A stretch of DNA of 54,878 bases. Origin: Candidatus Levyibacteriota bacterium (GTDB taxonomy: Bacteria; Patescibacteriota; Microgenomatia; Levybacterales; UBA12049). A program made the translations under genes and the position numbers. Each line of letters starts with the position of its first letter. Positions within the stretch are counted from its first letter, which is position 1. The notes under the pieces are model-generated. The model ran no database searches and was not told where the DNA came from. It saw nothing but the letters and a program-made list of their open reading frames with translations. Location of the stretch: positions 1-54,878 of the forward strand of contig JAJDCH010000008.1 of NCBI GenBank assembly GCA_029260905.1, in the 5' to 3' direction. Positions 9,940 through 21,042 of this stretch are shown here, in pieces.

Positions 9940-9968
9940 ATTTTAGATAATTTGATTAGGATTAGCAA
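9940..9968 (-). promoter_or_regulatory. Candidate promoter for tRNA-Thr
   Basis: Minus strand TTGCTA-17 nt-TAAAAT, 13 nt upstream of the tRNA. Confidence 0.55.
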
Positions 9969-9969
9969 C

Positions 9970-10389
9970 TTAATGTGGTCTTTGGCGGCGCTTAGTTTGT
10001 GCGATATGCTGCTGTAGCAAAGATTTTCTTAGTTCTGCCTCAATTCGTATCTGCTCTTCATTTGTCATGTCAAGATCTTTATTCTTTAGAAGATTTTCTG
10101 CTCTAATTTGTGCCTCTTTTGCTCTTTCTATATCTATTTGATCTGCATGTTCTGCATAATCGGCAATAATTGTTGCTTCCCCTTTTTTAATTTCAAGAAA
10201 ACCACCGGCAAGAGCAATTACATATTCTTTGTTTTTTGATTTTATAATTAGTTCTCCGTGAGTAAGTTTTGAAATAAGATTAATGTGATGGGGAAGGATG
10301 CCAATTTGTCCCTTGTCAGTTGGCGCAAGAATTTCAATTATTTCTTCATTGAAGACGGTTTTTTCAGGGGTAATGATTTGTAAATGCAT
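9970..10389 (-). CDS. atpC: ATP synthase epsilon subunit
   Basis: LQIITPEK, GQIGILPHH, GGFLEI; last gene of the atp operon. Confidence 0.95.
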   Translation of the reverse strand: MHLQIITPEKTVFNEEIIEILAPTDKGQIGILPHHINLISKLTHGELIIKSKNKEYVIALAGGFLEIKKGEATIIADYAEHADQIDIERAKEAQIRAENLLKNKDLDMTNEEQIRIEAELRKSLLQQHIAQTKRRQRPH

Positions 10390-10402
10390 GATTCAGTTAT
10401 GG

Positions 10403-12650
<2,248 letters not shown>

Positions 12651-12675
12651 ATTTAGTAATTAATAATTTGTTTTG

Positions 12676-12704
12676 AACTAGCTATTAAAACCACGTAGCT
12701 AGTT
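12676..12704. other. Stem-loop at the atpA/atpG junction
   Basis: AACTAGCTA (12676-12684) and TAGCTAGTT (12696-12704) form a perfect 9-bp inverted repeat with an 11-nt loop. Confidence 0.5.
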
Positions 12705-14231
12705 GCTAATTTTAAATCCTTTCTTAAAATCTTCAACGATCTTTTTTAGTTCGTTTATTGTTTGATCTTCAAGTTTTTCTCCTGTGTTAAGTTTGTCAAT
12801 TAGCTTTTTTGCATGAGCTTTTGCATATTCGTGAAGTTGTTTTTCAAATTCTCCTACTTTTTCAACTGGGACGTCATCAAGGTGCCCATTAGTTACAGAC
12901 CAAAGGCTTATTATTTCAAGTGCTTCAGAAAGAGGTGAGTATTGAGGTTGTTTGAGAATCTCAACAGATCTCTTACCTCGTTCGAGCTGTTTCATTGTTG
13001 ATTCATCGAGCTCTGATCCAAATTGAGCAAATGCAGCAAGGGAGTTGTATTGAGCCAGCTCGAGTCTAAGTTTGCCTGCAACAGACTTGATTGCTTTTGT
13101 TTGGGCTGCACCACCTACACGAGATACAGAATTACCTGGGTTTATTGCTGGTCTTACTCCAATATTGAAAAGGTCTGATTGAAGAAAAATTTGCCCATCA
13201 GTAATTGAGATTACATTAGTTGGGATATAAGCTGATATGTCACCAGCCTGAGTTTCAATAATTGGAAGTGCCGTTATTGATCCACCGCCTTTTTCCTTAT
13301 TAAGTCTAACTGCTCTTTCAAGAAGTCTTGAATGAAGATAGAAAACATCACCAGGATATGCCTCTCGGCCTGCAGGTCTTTTGAGAACAAGGGATAGTTG
13401 TCGGTATGCCCAGGCATGTTTGGTAAGATCATCGTAAACAATCAATACATCTTCTCCTTTTTCCATGAAATATTCACCAATTGCTGATGCTGCATATGGT
13501 GCTAGGTATTGAAGCGCTGCTGGTGCTGATGCGGGCGCTGCAACTACAATGGTGTAATCAAATGCGTTTTCTTCTTTAAGTCTATCAACAACTTGTGAGA
13601 TAGAGCTTTGCTTTTGACCAATTGCTGTATAGATGCAAATAACTTGTTTTTTGCCTTTCTTGTTTTGAAGCTGGCGTTGATTAATAATAGTATCAATTGC
13701 AACTGCAGTTTTCCCCAGTCCACGATCTCCAATGATAAGTTCTCTTTGTCCACGTCCAACTGGAATCATGGCATCAATTGCCTTAATTCCTGTTTTAAGT
13801 GGTGTATCGACAGGTGATCGGTCAATAACACCAGCTGCTATTTTTTCAAGTGGCATTAATTTGCCTTTTTTTATTTTTAGTTTTCCATCAAGCGGTGTTC
13901 CTATTGGATCAACTACACGTCCGAGAAGATCATCGTGTGCCTCAATGCTGAGAAGTTTTTCAGTTCTTTTAACTTTATCTCCTTCTCTGATATCATTGTC
14001 GCTGCTGAGGACAACGATTGAAACTGAGTCTTCATCAAGATTAAGTATTACTCCCTGAACCCCTTTTTGAAACTCAACAATTTCTCCCATCATTGCTTTT
14101 GAGAGGCCTGAAGCCCTTATGACACCGTCATGATTTTGTTCAACAATGCCTACGTGCTCAACTTTTACGCCAGATGTCGAGCTGCCGAGCTTTTGTTCTA
14201 ATTGTTTTATAATCTGATCTGAATTAATCAT
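12699..14231 (-). CDS. atpA: ATP synthase alpha subunit
   Basis: GRGQRELIIGDRGLGKT, GREAYPGDVFYLHSRLLER. Confidence 0.99.
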   Translation of the reverse strand: MINSDQIIKQLEQKLGSSTSGVKVEHVGIVEQNHDGVIRASGLSKAMMGEIVEFQKGVQGVILNLDEDSVSIVVLSSDNDIREGDKVKRTEKLLSIEAHDDLLGRVVDPIGTPLDGKLKIKKGKLMPLEKIAAGVIDRSPVDTPLKTGIKAIDAMIPVGRGQRELIIGDRGLGKTAVAIDTIINQRQLQNKKGKKQVICIYTAIGQKQSSISQVVDRLKEENAFDYTIVVAAPASAPAALQYLAPYAASAIGEYFMEKGEDVLIVYDDLTKHAWAYRQLSLVLKRPAGREAYPGDVFYLHSRLLERAVRLNKEKGGGSITALPIIETQAGDISAYIPTNVISITDGQIFLQSDLFNIGVRPAINPGNSVSRVGGAAQTKAIKSVAGKLRLELAQYNSLAAFAQFGSELDESTMKQLERGKRSVEILKQPQYSPLSEALEIISLWSVTNGHLDDVPVEKVGEFEKQLHEYAKAHAKKLIDKLNTGEKLEDQTINELKKIVEDFKKGFKISN

Positions 14232-14577
14232 TGTTTTGATCTATATTTTCAATAATATTTTCTAAAGTGTTTTTTAAATTCATTTCGAAAATATCATCAT
14301 TGATTTCTATTCTTGATCCAAGCATCATGCTGGAATCTTGATTTACAATAATATTTTTATCTTTAAAAATATATTTTAACTGTTTTTCTGTATTCTTATC
14401 TCCAAGTGCGGTGGTTAGATAAATGTTTTTCGCTTTTTCAGATGCCTTTATTATTCTTATGTATTGTTTAAGATCTTTTTTTGATAATCTGTCAGCTATT
14501 TTGAAAGCTGTTTTTTGATCCAGTTCTCCGTTTTTATAACTTGCTATAGCCAATTTTTTCAAAAATGTTTTATTCAT
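14224..14577 (-). CDS. atpH: ATP synthase delta subunit (short form)
   Basis: Lies between atpF and atpA; C-terminal DSSMMLGSRIEIND resembles the delta C-domain; only 117 aa. Confidence 0.75.
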   Translation of the reverse strand: MNKTFLKKLAIASYKNGELDQKTAFKIADRLSKKDLKQYIRIIKASEKAKNIYLTTALGDKNTEKQLKYIFKDKNIIVNQDSSMMLGSRIEINDDIFEMNLKNTLENIIENIDQNND

Positions 14578-14584
14578 AATAATA

Positions 14585-15085
14585 TCATGCTTTTTTTATT
14601 TTTTGCAGTGCCTGTTTCATGATTGATTCTTGTTCTTTTACTCCAAAAAGTCCTTTTAATGACGCTTTAAGGAAGGATATAGCAAGATTTCCGACTTTAA
14701 CCTCAAGTCTTTTTTCTGTTTCTTTTGCTTCGTGTTCTATTTGCTCTCTTGCTTCTTTAAGCATTTTTTCAACTTTTATTTTTGTTTCTTCCTCAGCAGT
14801 TTTTTTTATCTCAATGCTTTCTGTTTTTGCTTCTTCAAGAATATTTTTAGCTTTTAACTGAGCTTTGCTGATTATCTCTTCTTCTTTTTCTGTTGCCTCA
14901 GTAAGCATTTTCTCTGCCTGTTCTGCGTTTTTTAATCCATCAGCTATTTTTGTTTTTCTTTCTTCAAGCATGGTAATTACTGGCTTGTAGAGAAGCTTTT
15001 TTAAAAGAATAAAAACAATAATAAAATTTACAATTTGTGCTGTGAATTGAATCCAATCAAATCCAAAACCTGTTAATATGTCCAT
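14585..15085 (-). CDS. atpF: ATP synthase b subunit
   Basis: AQIVNF TM segment, LYKPV..MLEER, long coiled coil. Confidence 0.95.
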   Translation of the reverse strand: MDILTGFGFDWIQFTAQIVNFIIVFILLKKLLYKPVITMLEERKTKIADGLKNAEQAEKMLTEATEKEEEIISKAQLKAKNILEEAKTESIEIKKTAEEETKIKVEKMLKEAREQIEHEAKETEKRLEVKVGNLAISFLKASLKGLFGVKEQESIMKQALQKIKKA

Positions 15086-15094
15086 ATATATTTA

Positions 15095-15185
15095 GACTTA
15101 AGACTCATCGCTTAAGATTTATGAGTTAAGAATTAGGCAAATTTAAGTATATAAATTCATATTTTTCCTAATTCCTAATTCATAG
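15095..15185. repeat. Two opposed 7-nt repeat arrays forming an imperfect inverted repeat (atpE-atpF spacer)
   Basis: GACTTAA GACTCAT CGCTTAA GATTTAT GAGTTAA GAATTAG ... TTCCTAA TTCCTAA TTCATAG. Arms 15120-15137 and 15167-15184 are complementary at 16 of 18 positions. Confidence 0.7.
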
Positions 15186-15205
15186 GTTTGAGCCACCCTC
15201 AAACC
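15185..15205 (-). other. GC-containing stem-loop just downstream of atpE
   Basis: GGTTTGAG / CTCAAACC 8-bp stem, 5-nt loop, no long U tract. More likely an mRNA stabiliser or partial terminator. Confidence 0.55.
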
Positions 15206-15225
15206 CACTTTGTTTTTGTTAATGC

Positions 15226-15477
<252 letters not shown>

Positions 15478-15490
15478 TTATAAGTCATAA

Positions 15491-16405
15491 TTAATGATTT
15501 TCCTCCTTTGCATGCGCATGGTGCGGAGTTGTTAATACTGCCATAAAAACAAGTGTCAATACTGAAAATACCAGTGCTTGAACGATGCTGACAATTGATT
15601 CTAGCAGAAGAAATGGCAATGGTGCAAGGAATGCGAAAATATTGGATATCGTATGAAGCGCAATTTCTCCAGCAAATATATTTCCAAAAAGTCTGAAAGA
15701 AAGAGAAATTATTTTTGTTACCTCTGCAACTAATTCTAAAAGCCCGACATATAAGTTTATCGGATTAAATGAGAAAAAGCGGCCAAGATAATCACCAAGT
15801 CCGGTTAGCTGAATGCTAAGCATATGTGTTGCAACAACTGAAATAAGAGCAAGAGCAAGAGTCACATTAATATCGCTTGTAGCGCCTCTTAAAAGTGGAG
15901 TTAGATGCGCTTTTTGCTCTATCTCTTCTGTGTGTCCTGATTCTTTTTCATGAGAATTTGTTGTTGTAGAAGCTTCCTGATTCATCTTCTTTGCTTCAGA
16001 ATGAGTTTCAGTTACTGTTTCTTTATTGTGAATAGGTTCTGATGCATGAGCTTCATTTACTATTCTTGAGTGTTCACTTCCTTCTTCGTAAAATCCAATT
16101 GTTCCAACGCCAGGGAAAAGACCGAGAAGATTTGAGAAAAGAATAAAAAGAAAAAAAGTCATTACGTAGGGGAATATGCTCATTGCTGCTTTTTTGGAGC
16201 TTGCTATTGACTCAGTGAGTGAGTACATGGCATCTACAATTGCTTCAGTGAATGATTGAAAGCCTTGAGGAATTTTTTTAAGATTTCGACCAGCAAAAAA
16301 AGCTGTAGCAATTAGAACCCCATCAACAATGAGTGTATGTAAAAATGTATTGGTTACCTGTAGGGGACCAATCTGGGTGATAATTTCAGGAGCAAACGCT
16401 GCCAT
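15491..16405 (-). CDS. atpB: ATP synthase a subunit with a long His/Glu-rich insertion
   Basis: SNLLGLFPG, ATSDIN, SLSFRLFGNIFAGE (essential Arg), VQALVF. Confidence 0.96.
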   Translation of the reverse strand: MAAFAPEIITQIGPLQVTNTFLHTLIVDGVLIATAFFAGRNLKKIPQGFQSFTEAIVDAMYSLTESIASSKKAAMSIFPYVMTFFLFILFSNLLGLFPGVGTIGFYEEGSEHSRIVNEAHASEPIHNKETVTETHSEAKKMNQEASTTTNSHEKESGHTEEIEQKAHLTPLLRGATSDINVTLALALISVVATHMLSIQLTGLGDYLGRFFSFNPINLYVGLLELVAEVTKIISLSFRLFGNIFAGEIALHTISNIFAFLAPLPFLLLESIVSIVQALVFSVLTLVFMAVLTTPHHAHAKEENH

Positions 16406-16412
16406 CTCTTTG

Positions 16413-16446
16413 ATTGTATTTTAAGAGAAACCTGGGTATAAGTCAA
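16413..16446 (-). promoter_or_regulatory. atp operon promoter
   Basis: TTGACT-17 nt-TAAAAT; an overlapping TACAAT lies 7 nt before the atpB ATG. Confidence 0.6.
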
Positions 16447-19400
16447 GCGTTATTTAGGTAATTTTCTACACGATTTATTTTGTCAACCAGAACAACGGGT
16501 CTGTCATCTTTTGTATCAAATTTTCCCTCAGCTACAACGACATTGTTGTTGTAAAGTAGATCTTTATAGTCTTCAAAAATTCGAGGAAAAATAACACACT
16601 CAACAGATATGCCATTTTCATTTGCAAGAGTTATAAATGCCATTTCGGCTCCACCATTTTTAGTTATTATTTTTTTCATTGTTTCAATAATTCCAGCAAT
16701 TTTTACCCGCTGTCCTTCCTCTTGTCCTTCGAGTGCATCAATTTCATGAGTAATATGTTTTTTAATTTCAATTAATTTTTGAAGATGAGGATGAGATGTG
16801 AGATAGAAGCCCAAAAATTCTTTTTCAAATTCTAGTTTTTCATCATTTGTAAAATCATCAACTTCAGGATTGTTTAGATCAAGCTCATTGGTGTTGTTAG
16901 ATTCTTCATCACCGAAAAGAGATGTTTGGCCTTCATCTGTTTGTTTTTTGCGTCTTGTAATCGTATTGACAATATCAGGGAGAGAAATAAGAAGCGCAGC
17001 GCGATTTCCAAATTTATCCATAGAGCCTGCTTTTATAAGAGATTCTATAGTTTTTTTATTTACTGTTGAGAGACTAACTCGCATGCAAAAATCTGAAAGT
17101 GAAGTAAATTCTTTTCCCTTCCTTGCGTTAAATATGCTTTCGATCGCAGCGCTACCAACGTTTTTAACTGCTGATAAGCCGAAGCGAATTTTGGTTTTAT
17201 TTTCAATTGAAAAATCATCTTTGGATTTATTTATATCTGGTGGCAATACTTTGATTCCTATTCTTTTGCACTCAAGAACTGCTTGTGAGATCTTCTCATT
17301 TTTGACAGGACCGGTTGAGCCACGAGATTCAGCAGTGAAAAGGGCTGTCATAAATTCAACTGGATAATTTGCTTTAAGATAAGCAGTTCTAAACGCAATT
17401 GTTGCATAGCAGGCAGCATGAGCTTTGTTAAATCCATATCCAGCAAAAGGCGCGATCAAATCAAAAAATTCTTCAGCTTTTTTGGATGTAAGTCCATTTA
17501 CAACACTTCCTTTTACAAACATTTCTTTTTGTTTTTTCATTTCACTTGGAATTTTTTTACCCATGGCTTTTCTAAACTTATCGACCTCAAGCCATGAATA
17601 ACCGGCAATTGTCATGACTGTTAGGAGTACATCGTCTTGATATGTCAGTATTCCATAGGATTGAGCAAGGATTTCCTTAAGTCGTGGGTCTGGATAGGTT
17701 ATAAGTTTTGGGTTGTGTTTGCGTCTAATAAAATCAGGAATAATGGCCATGGGTCCTGGGCGATAAAGCGCAACCATAGCCTGGAGATCAAAAATTGTTG
17801 TTGGTTTAAGTTCTTTTATATAACGTCTCATGCCAGGGGATTCAAGTTGGAAAATCCCAGTTGTCTCACCAATTGATAAGAGTTGATATGTTTTTTTGTC
17901 TTCAAGATCTACTTTGGTGAGGTCAATATCGTCTCCTTTGTTTATTTTTATAAATTTTATGGTCTCTTCAATAATAGTTAGATTGCGAAGTCCCAAAAAA
18001 TCCATTTTCAAAAGACCAACTCCGTCTTCTCCGACATTGTACATATCATATTGGGTAACTATTTTATCGCCGTTTGTTTCTCTTTGAAGCGGGACATATT
18101 CTGTCAAATCCTGATCAGCAATCACAACTCCAGCAGCATGAACTGATGCGTGACGAGAAACACCTTCCAATTTTTTTGCAAGGTCTAAAAGTTTTTTTGT
18201 TTCTGGTTCTGTATCGTATGCTCGCTTGAGATCAGGACTTTGTTTTAGAGCATTGTCAATTGTCATTGAATGTCCTTGCCAGCCTGGAGGAATCATTTTT
18301 GAAATTCGGTCTGGTCCTGCATAAGGCATTCCAAGCGCGCGCCCTACATCTCTAACAGAGCCTCTTGCCTCCATGGTTCCAAAAGTTATAATTTGTGCAA
18401 CTTTTTCTTTACCGTATTTATTAGTCACATATTCTATTACCTCATCGCGTCTAGTGTCAGCAAAATCAAGATCAATATCAGGGGCAGATGGTCTATCAGG
18501 ATTTAGGAATCTTTCAAAGGGTAGTTTAAAAAAGAATGGATCGACATCAGTTATTTTTAAAGCATATGAGACAATCGACCCAGCAGCAGACCCTCTCCCA
18601 GGACCAACCATAATCCCTTGATTTTTTGCCCAGTTTACAAAGTCTGATACAACCAAAAAGTAAGTTTCATATCTTTTACACTTTATAATTGATAATTCGT
18701 AGTCAATTCTTTCTTGAACTTCAGGTGTTATTTCTTTATATCTTTCTTTTGCCCCAGCTTCTACCTTTTTTCTTAAAAATTCTGCGCCAGTTGTTCCATC
18801 AGGCACTTTAAAAACAGGCATAATCCATTTCCCAAGTTTTAGTTCAAGCTTACATCTATCTGCAATCTTTACTGTATTTTCAACAGCCTCAGGTATGTCA
18901 GAAAATAATTGTTTCATTTCCTCTGGGGTTTTTAGATAAAAATCAGGACTATCAATCATGGAGAGTTTTCGATTCTTGTCATTGATTGTATTTTGGGTTT
19001 GAACACAGAGAAGAATTTCTTGAGCTTCTGCATCATCCTTTTCTGTGTAGTGATTATCGTTTGTGGCAACAACAGGAATGCCTAGTTTTTTTGACAGTTT
19101 TAGTAGCTTCTTATTTGCTTCTTCTTGTGGAGGAACATTAATATGCCTTTGAAGTTCCAGATAAAAATTATTTTCTCCAAATATTTCAGCAAGCTTGAGG
19201 GCTCTTTTTTCTGCTTCCTCCTCTTGATCTTTAAGAAGTGGACTTGCTACATATCCATTTACACATGCGCTTAAACAGATTAATCCTTCGTGGTGTTTCT
19301 CGAGAAGATTTAAATCGGTTCTTGGCTTGTAATAATATCCTTCTAGATATGAAGCTGTGACAATTTTCATCAAATTTTTATAACCAGTTTCATTTTCTGC

Positions 19401-19676
19401 AAGAAGTATGAGGTGGTTGTAATTTTTATCAACGTTTGCATCTTTATCTGTCATTGACCTTTTGGCAATGTAAATCTCACATCCGATTATTGGCTTTATT
19501 CCTGCCTCTATGCAGGTTTTATAAAACTTAATTGCACCATACATGTTGCCGTGATCTGTTATGGCGACTGAATCCATGTCATGTTCTTTTACGTATTCAA
19601 CCATGTTTTTTATTTTTGAGAGGCCGTCAAGAAGTGAATATTCGGAGTGGTTATGAAGATGAACAAAATCTGCCAT
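16443..19676 (-). CDS. dnaE: DNA polymerase III alpha subunit
   Basis: PHP motif HLHNHSEYSLLDG, GPGRGSAAGS, PDIDLDF, KMDFLGL, FNKAHA, C-terminal OB fold. Confidence 0.99.
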   Translation of the reverse strand: MADFVHLHNHSEYSLLDGLSKIKNMVEYVKEHDMDSVAITDHGNMYGAIKFYKTCIEAGIKPIIGCEIYIAKRSMTDKDANVDKNYNHLILLAENETGYKNLMKIVTASYLEGYYYKPRTDLNLLEKHHEGLICLSACVNGYVASPLLKDQEEEAEKRALKLAEIFGENNFYLELQRHINVPPQEEANKKLLKLSKKLGIPVVATNDNHYTEKDDAEAQEILLCVQTQNTINDKNRKLSMIDSPDFYLKTPEEMKQLFSDIPEAVENTVKIADRCKLELKLGKWIMPVFKVPDGTTGAEFLRKKVEAGAKERYKEITPEVQERIDYELSIIKCKRYETYFLVVSDFVNWAKNQGIMVGPGRGSAAGSIVSYALKITDVDPFFFKLPFERFLNPDRPSAPDIDLDFADTRRDEVIEYVTNKYGKEKVAQIITFGTMEARGSVRDVGRALGMPYAGPDRISKMIPPGWQGHSMTIDNALKQSPDLKRAYDTEPETKKLLDLAKKLEGVSRHASVHAAGVVIADQDLTEYVPLQRETNGDKIVTQYDMYNVGEDGVGLLKMDFLGLRNLTIIEETIKFIKINKGDDIDLTKVDLEDKKTYQLLSIGETTGIFQLESPGMRRYIKELKPTTIFDLQAMVALYRPGPMAIIPDFIRRKHNPKLITYPDPRLKEILAQSYGILTYQDDVLLTVMTIAGYSWLEVDKFRKAMGKKIPSEMKKQKEMFVKGSVVNGLTSKKAEEFFDLIAPFAGYGFNKAHAACYATIAFRTAYLKANYPVEFMTALFTAESRGSTGPVKNEKISQAVLECKRIGIKVLPPDINKSKDDFSIENKTKIRFGLSAVKNVGSAAIESIFNARKGKEFTSLSDFCMRVSLSTVNKKTIESLIKAGSMDKFGNRAALLISLPDIVNTITRRKKQTDEGQTSLFGDEESNNTNELDLNNPEVDDFTNDEKLEFEKEFLGFYLTSHPHLQKLIEIKKHITHEIDALEGQEEGQRVKIAGIIETMKKIITKNGGAEMAFITLANENGISVECVIFPRIFEDYKDLLYNNNVVVAEGKFDTKDDRPVVLVDKINRVENYLNNA

Positions 19677-19687
19677 GGGTTTATTAT

Positions 19688-19722
19688 AAAGGGTTAAAGC
19701 TGAGGCGTAAAGGGTTAAGAAA
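19688..19722. repeat. Degenerate 7-nt tandem repeat in the gatB-dnaE spacer
   Basis: AAAGGGT TAAAGCT GAGGCGT AAAGGGT TAAGAAA, directly upstream of the dnaE -10 box. Confidence 0.5.
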
Positions 19723-19725
19723 AGT

Positions 19726-21042
19726 TTATTTAATGTTTTTAATAATTGCCTCTTTTACAATATTTATATTTACTTTTTTGCCAATTTTTTTCATGGCTTG
19801 TCCCAGAAGAAACATCAATACATTTTCTTTTCCTGACTTATATTCATCAACAGCTTTTTTGTTTTCGTTTAGTGTTTCAATAATGATTTTATCAAGTTCT
19901 TTTTGGTCAATTTGTATTGTTTGTTTAGCGTTTAAGATTTGTTTGACAAGTGCTATGGGCAAAATCTTTTTAATATCTATTTTTTTATTAATTATTTCGT
20001 TTGCAATTTGTTTTGGTTTTATTTCATTTTTTCCCACTCTCACTGTTTCTTCAAAGTAGTTAGCCATTTTTCTGTCTCTTGTAAGTATCTCAGCATCATA
20101 GCGGGGGAGTCCAAATATTTTTTCAAATCTCTTAAGTTTTTGATCAGGTAGCTCAGGTATTGCTATTTTTAATTTTTCTATGTCTTTTTCTGTATAGATA
20201 ATAGGTGGAATATCTGGTTCAGGAAAATATCTATAATCCATTGCGTCCTCTTTGCTTCTTTGAGAGAAGGTTTTTTGTTTTGCTTCATCCCATCCTCTTG
20301 TTTCCTGAGCTGGTGTTTCTTTTTTGTCCAATATTTCAGTCTGTCTTTTTATTTCATAATTAACAGCTTTTTCTACAAATTTAAATGAATTAATATTTTT
20401 TATCTCCACTTTGTAGTCTGGTAACTTGTTGCTTATTGCTTGCTGCTTACTGCTTAATGATATATTTGGCTCAAGTCTCATATCGCCTTTTTCCATATCT
20501 GCATCAGCAACTTCCAGGTAACGAACAATTTGTCTTAGTTTTTGCAAATATTCTTTGACATCTGTAGCATTGTGAAAATCAGGCTCAGTCACTATCTCAA
20601 CTAGAGGCACTCCAGATCTATTGAAGTCAATCAGACTTGATTCCCCCTCATGAATCAGTTTTCCAGTGTCTTCTTCCATGTGGACTCTTCTTATCCTAAT
20701 TATTTTTCCATTGCTTAAAGTAATTGATCCATTTTGACCAAAAGGAAGATCATATTGACTTATTTGATATCCCTTTGATAGATCTGGGTAAAAGTAATTT
20801 TTTCGATCAAATTTTGAGAACAGATTTATTTTACAATTAAGACTGAGGGAAATTTTTATACACCAATCAATTGCTGTTTTGTTTGGAACAGGCAGAGCAC
20901 CAGGAAGCCCTAGGCAAACAGGACAAGTTATGGTGTTTGGTTCTTTGCCAAAATATTTTGCTTCGCATCCACAAAACATCTTTGAGTTAGTCTTTAGCTC
21001 AACATGAGTTTCAAGTCCGATTATTGGAGTGTATTTATTCAT
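19726..21042 (-). CDS. gatB: Asp/Glu-tRNA amidotransferase subunit B
   Basis: IGLETHVEL, RKNYFYPDL, HMEEDTG, DYRYFPEPD. Start at ATG 21042 overlaps the gatA stop. Confidence 0.98.
   Translation of the reverse strand: MNKYTPIIGLETHVELKTNSKMFCGCEAKYFGKEPNTITCPVCLGLPGALPVPNKTAIDWCIKISLSLNCKINLFSKFDRKNYFYPDLSKGYQISQYDLPFGQNGSITLSNGKIIRIRRVHMEEDTGKLIHEGESSLIDFNRSGVPLVEIVTEPDFHNATDVKEYLQKLRQIVRYLEVADADMEKGDMRLEPNISLSSKQQAISNKLPDYKVEIKNINSFKFVEKAVNYEIKRQTEILDKKETPAQETRGWDEAKQKTFSQRSKEDAMDYRYFPEPDIPPIIYTEKDIEKLKIAIPELPDQKLKRFEKIFGLPRYDAEILTRDRKMANYFEETVRVGKNEIKPKQIANEIINKKIDIKKILPIALVKQILNAKQTIQIDQKELDKIIIETLNENKKAVDEYKSGKENVLMFLLGQAMKKIGKKVNINIVKEAIIKNIK
20427..20454 (-). repeat. 7-nt tandem repeat inside gatB
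   Basis: Coding strand AGCAGTA AGCAGCA AGCAATA AGCAACA (SSKQQAISNK). Confidence 0.8.

Noticed and set aside
16870-20151. Antisense and alternate-frame ORFs over dnaE and gatB (e.g. 16870..17367, 19532..20059), and similar shadows across the window
   Set aside because: They overlap conserved genes, carry no motifs and look like reverse-strand codon shadows.
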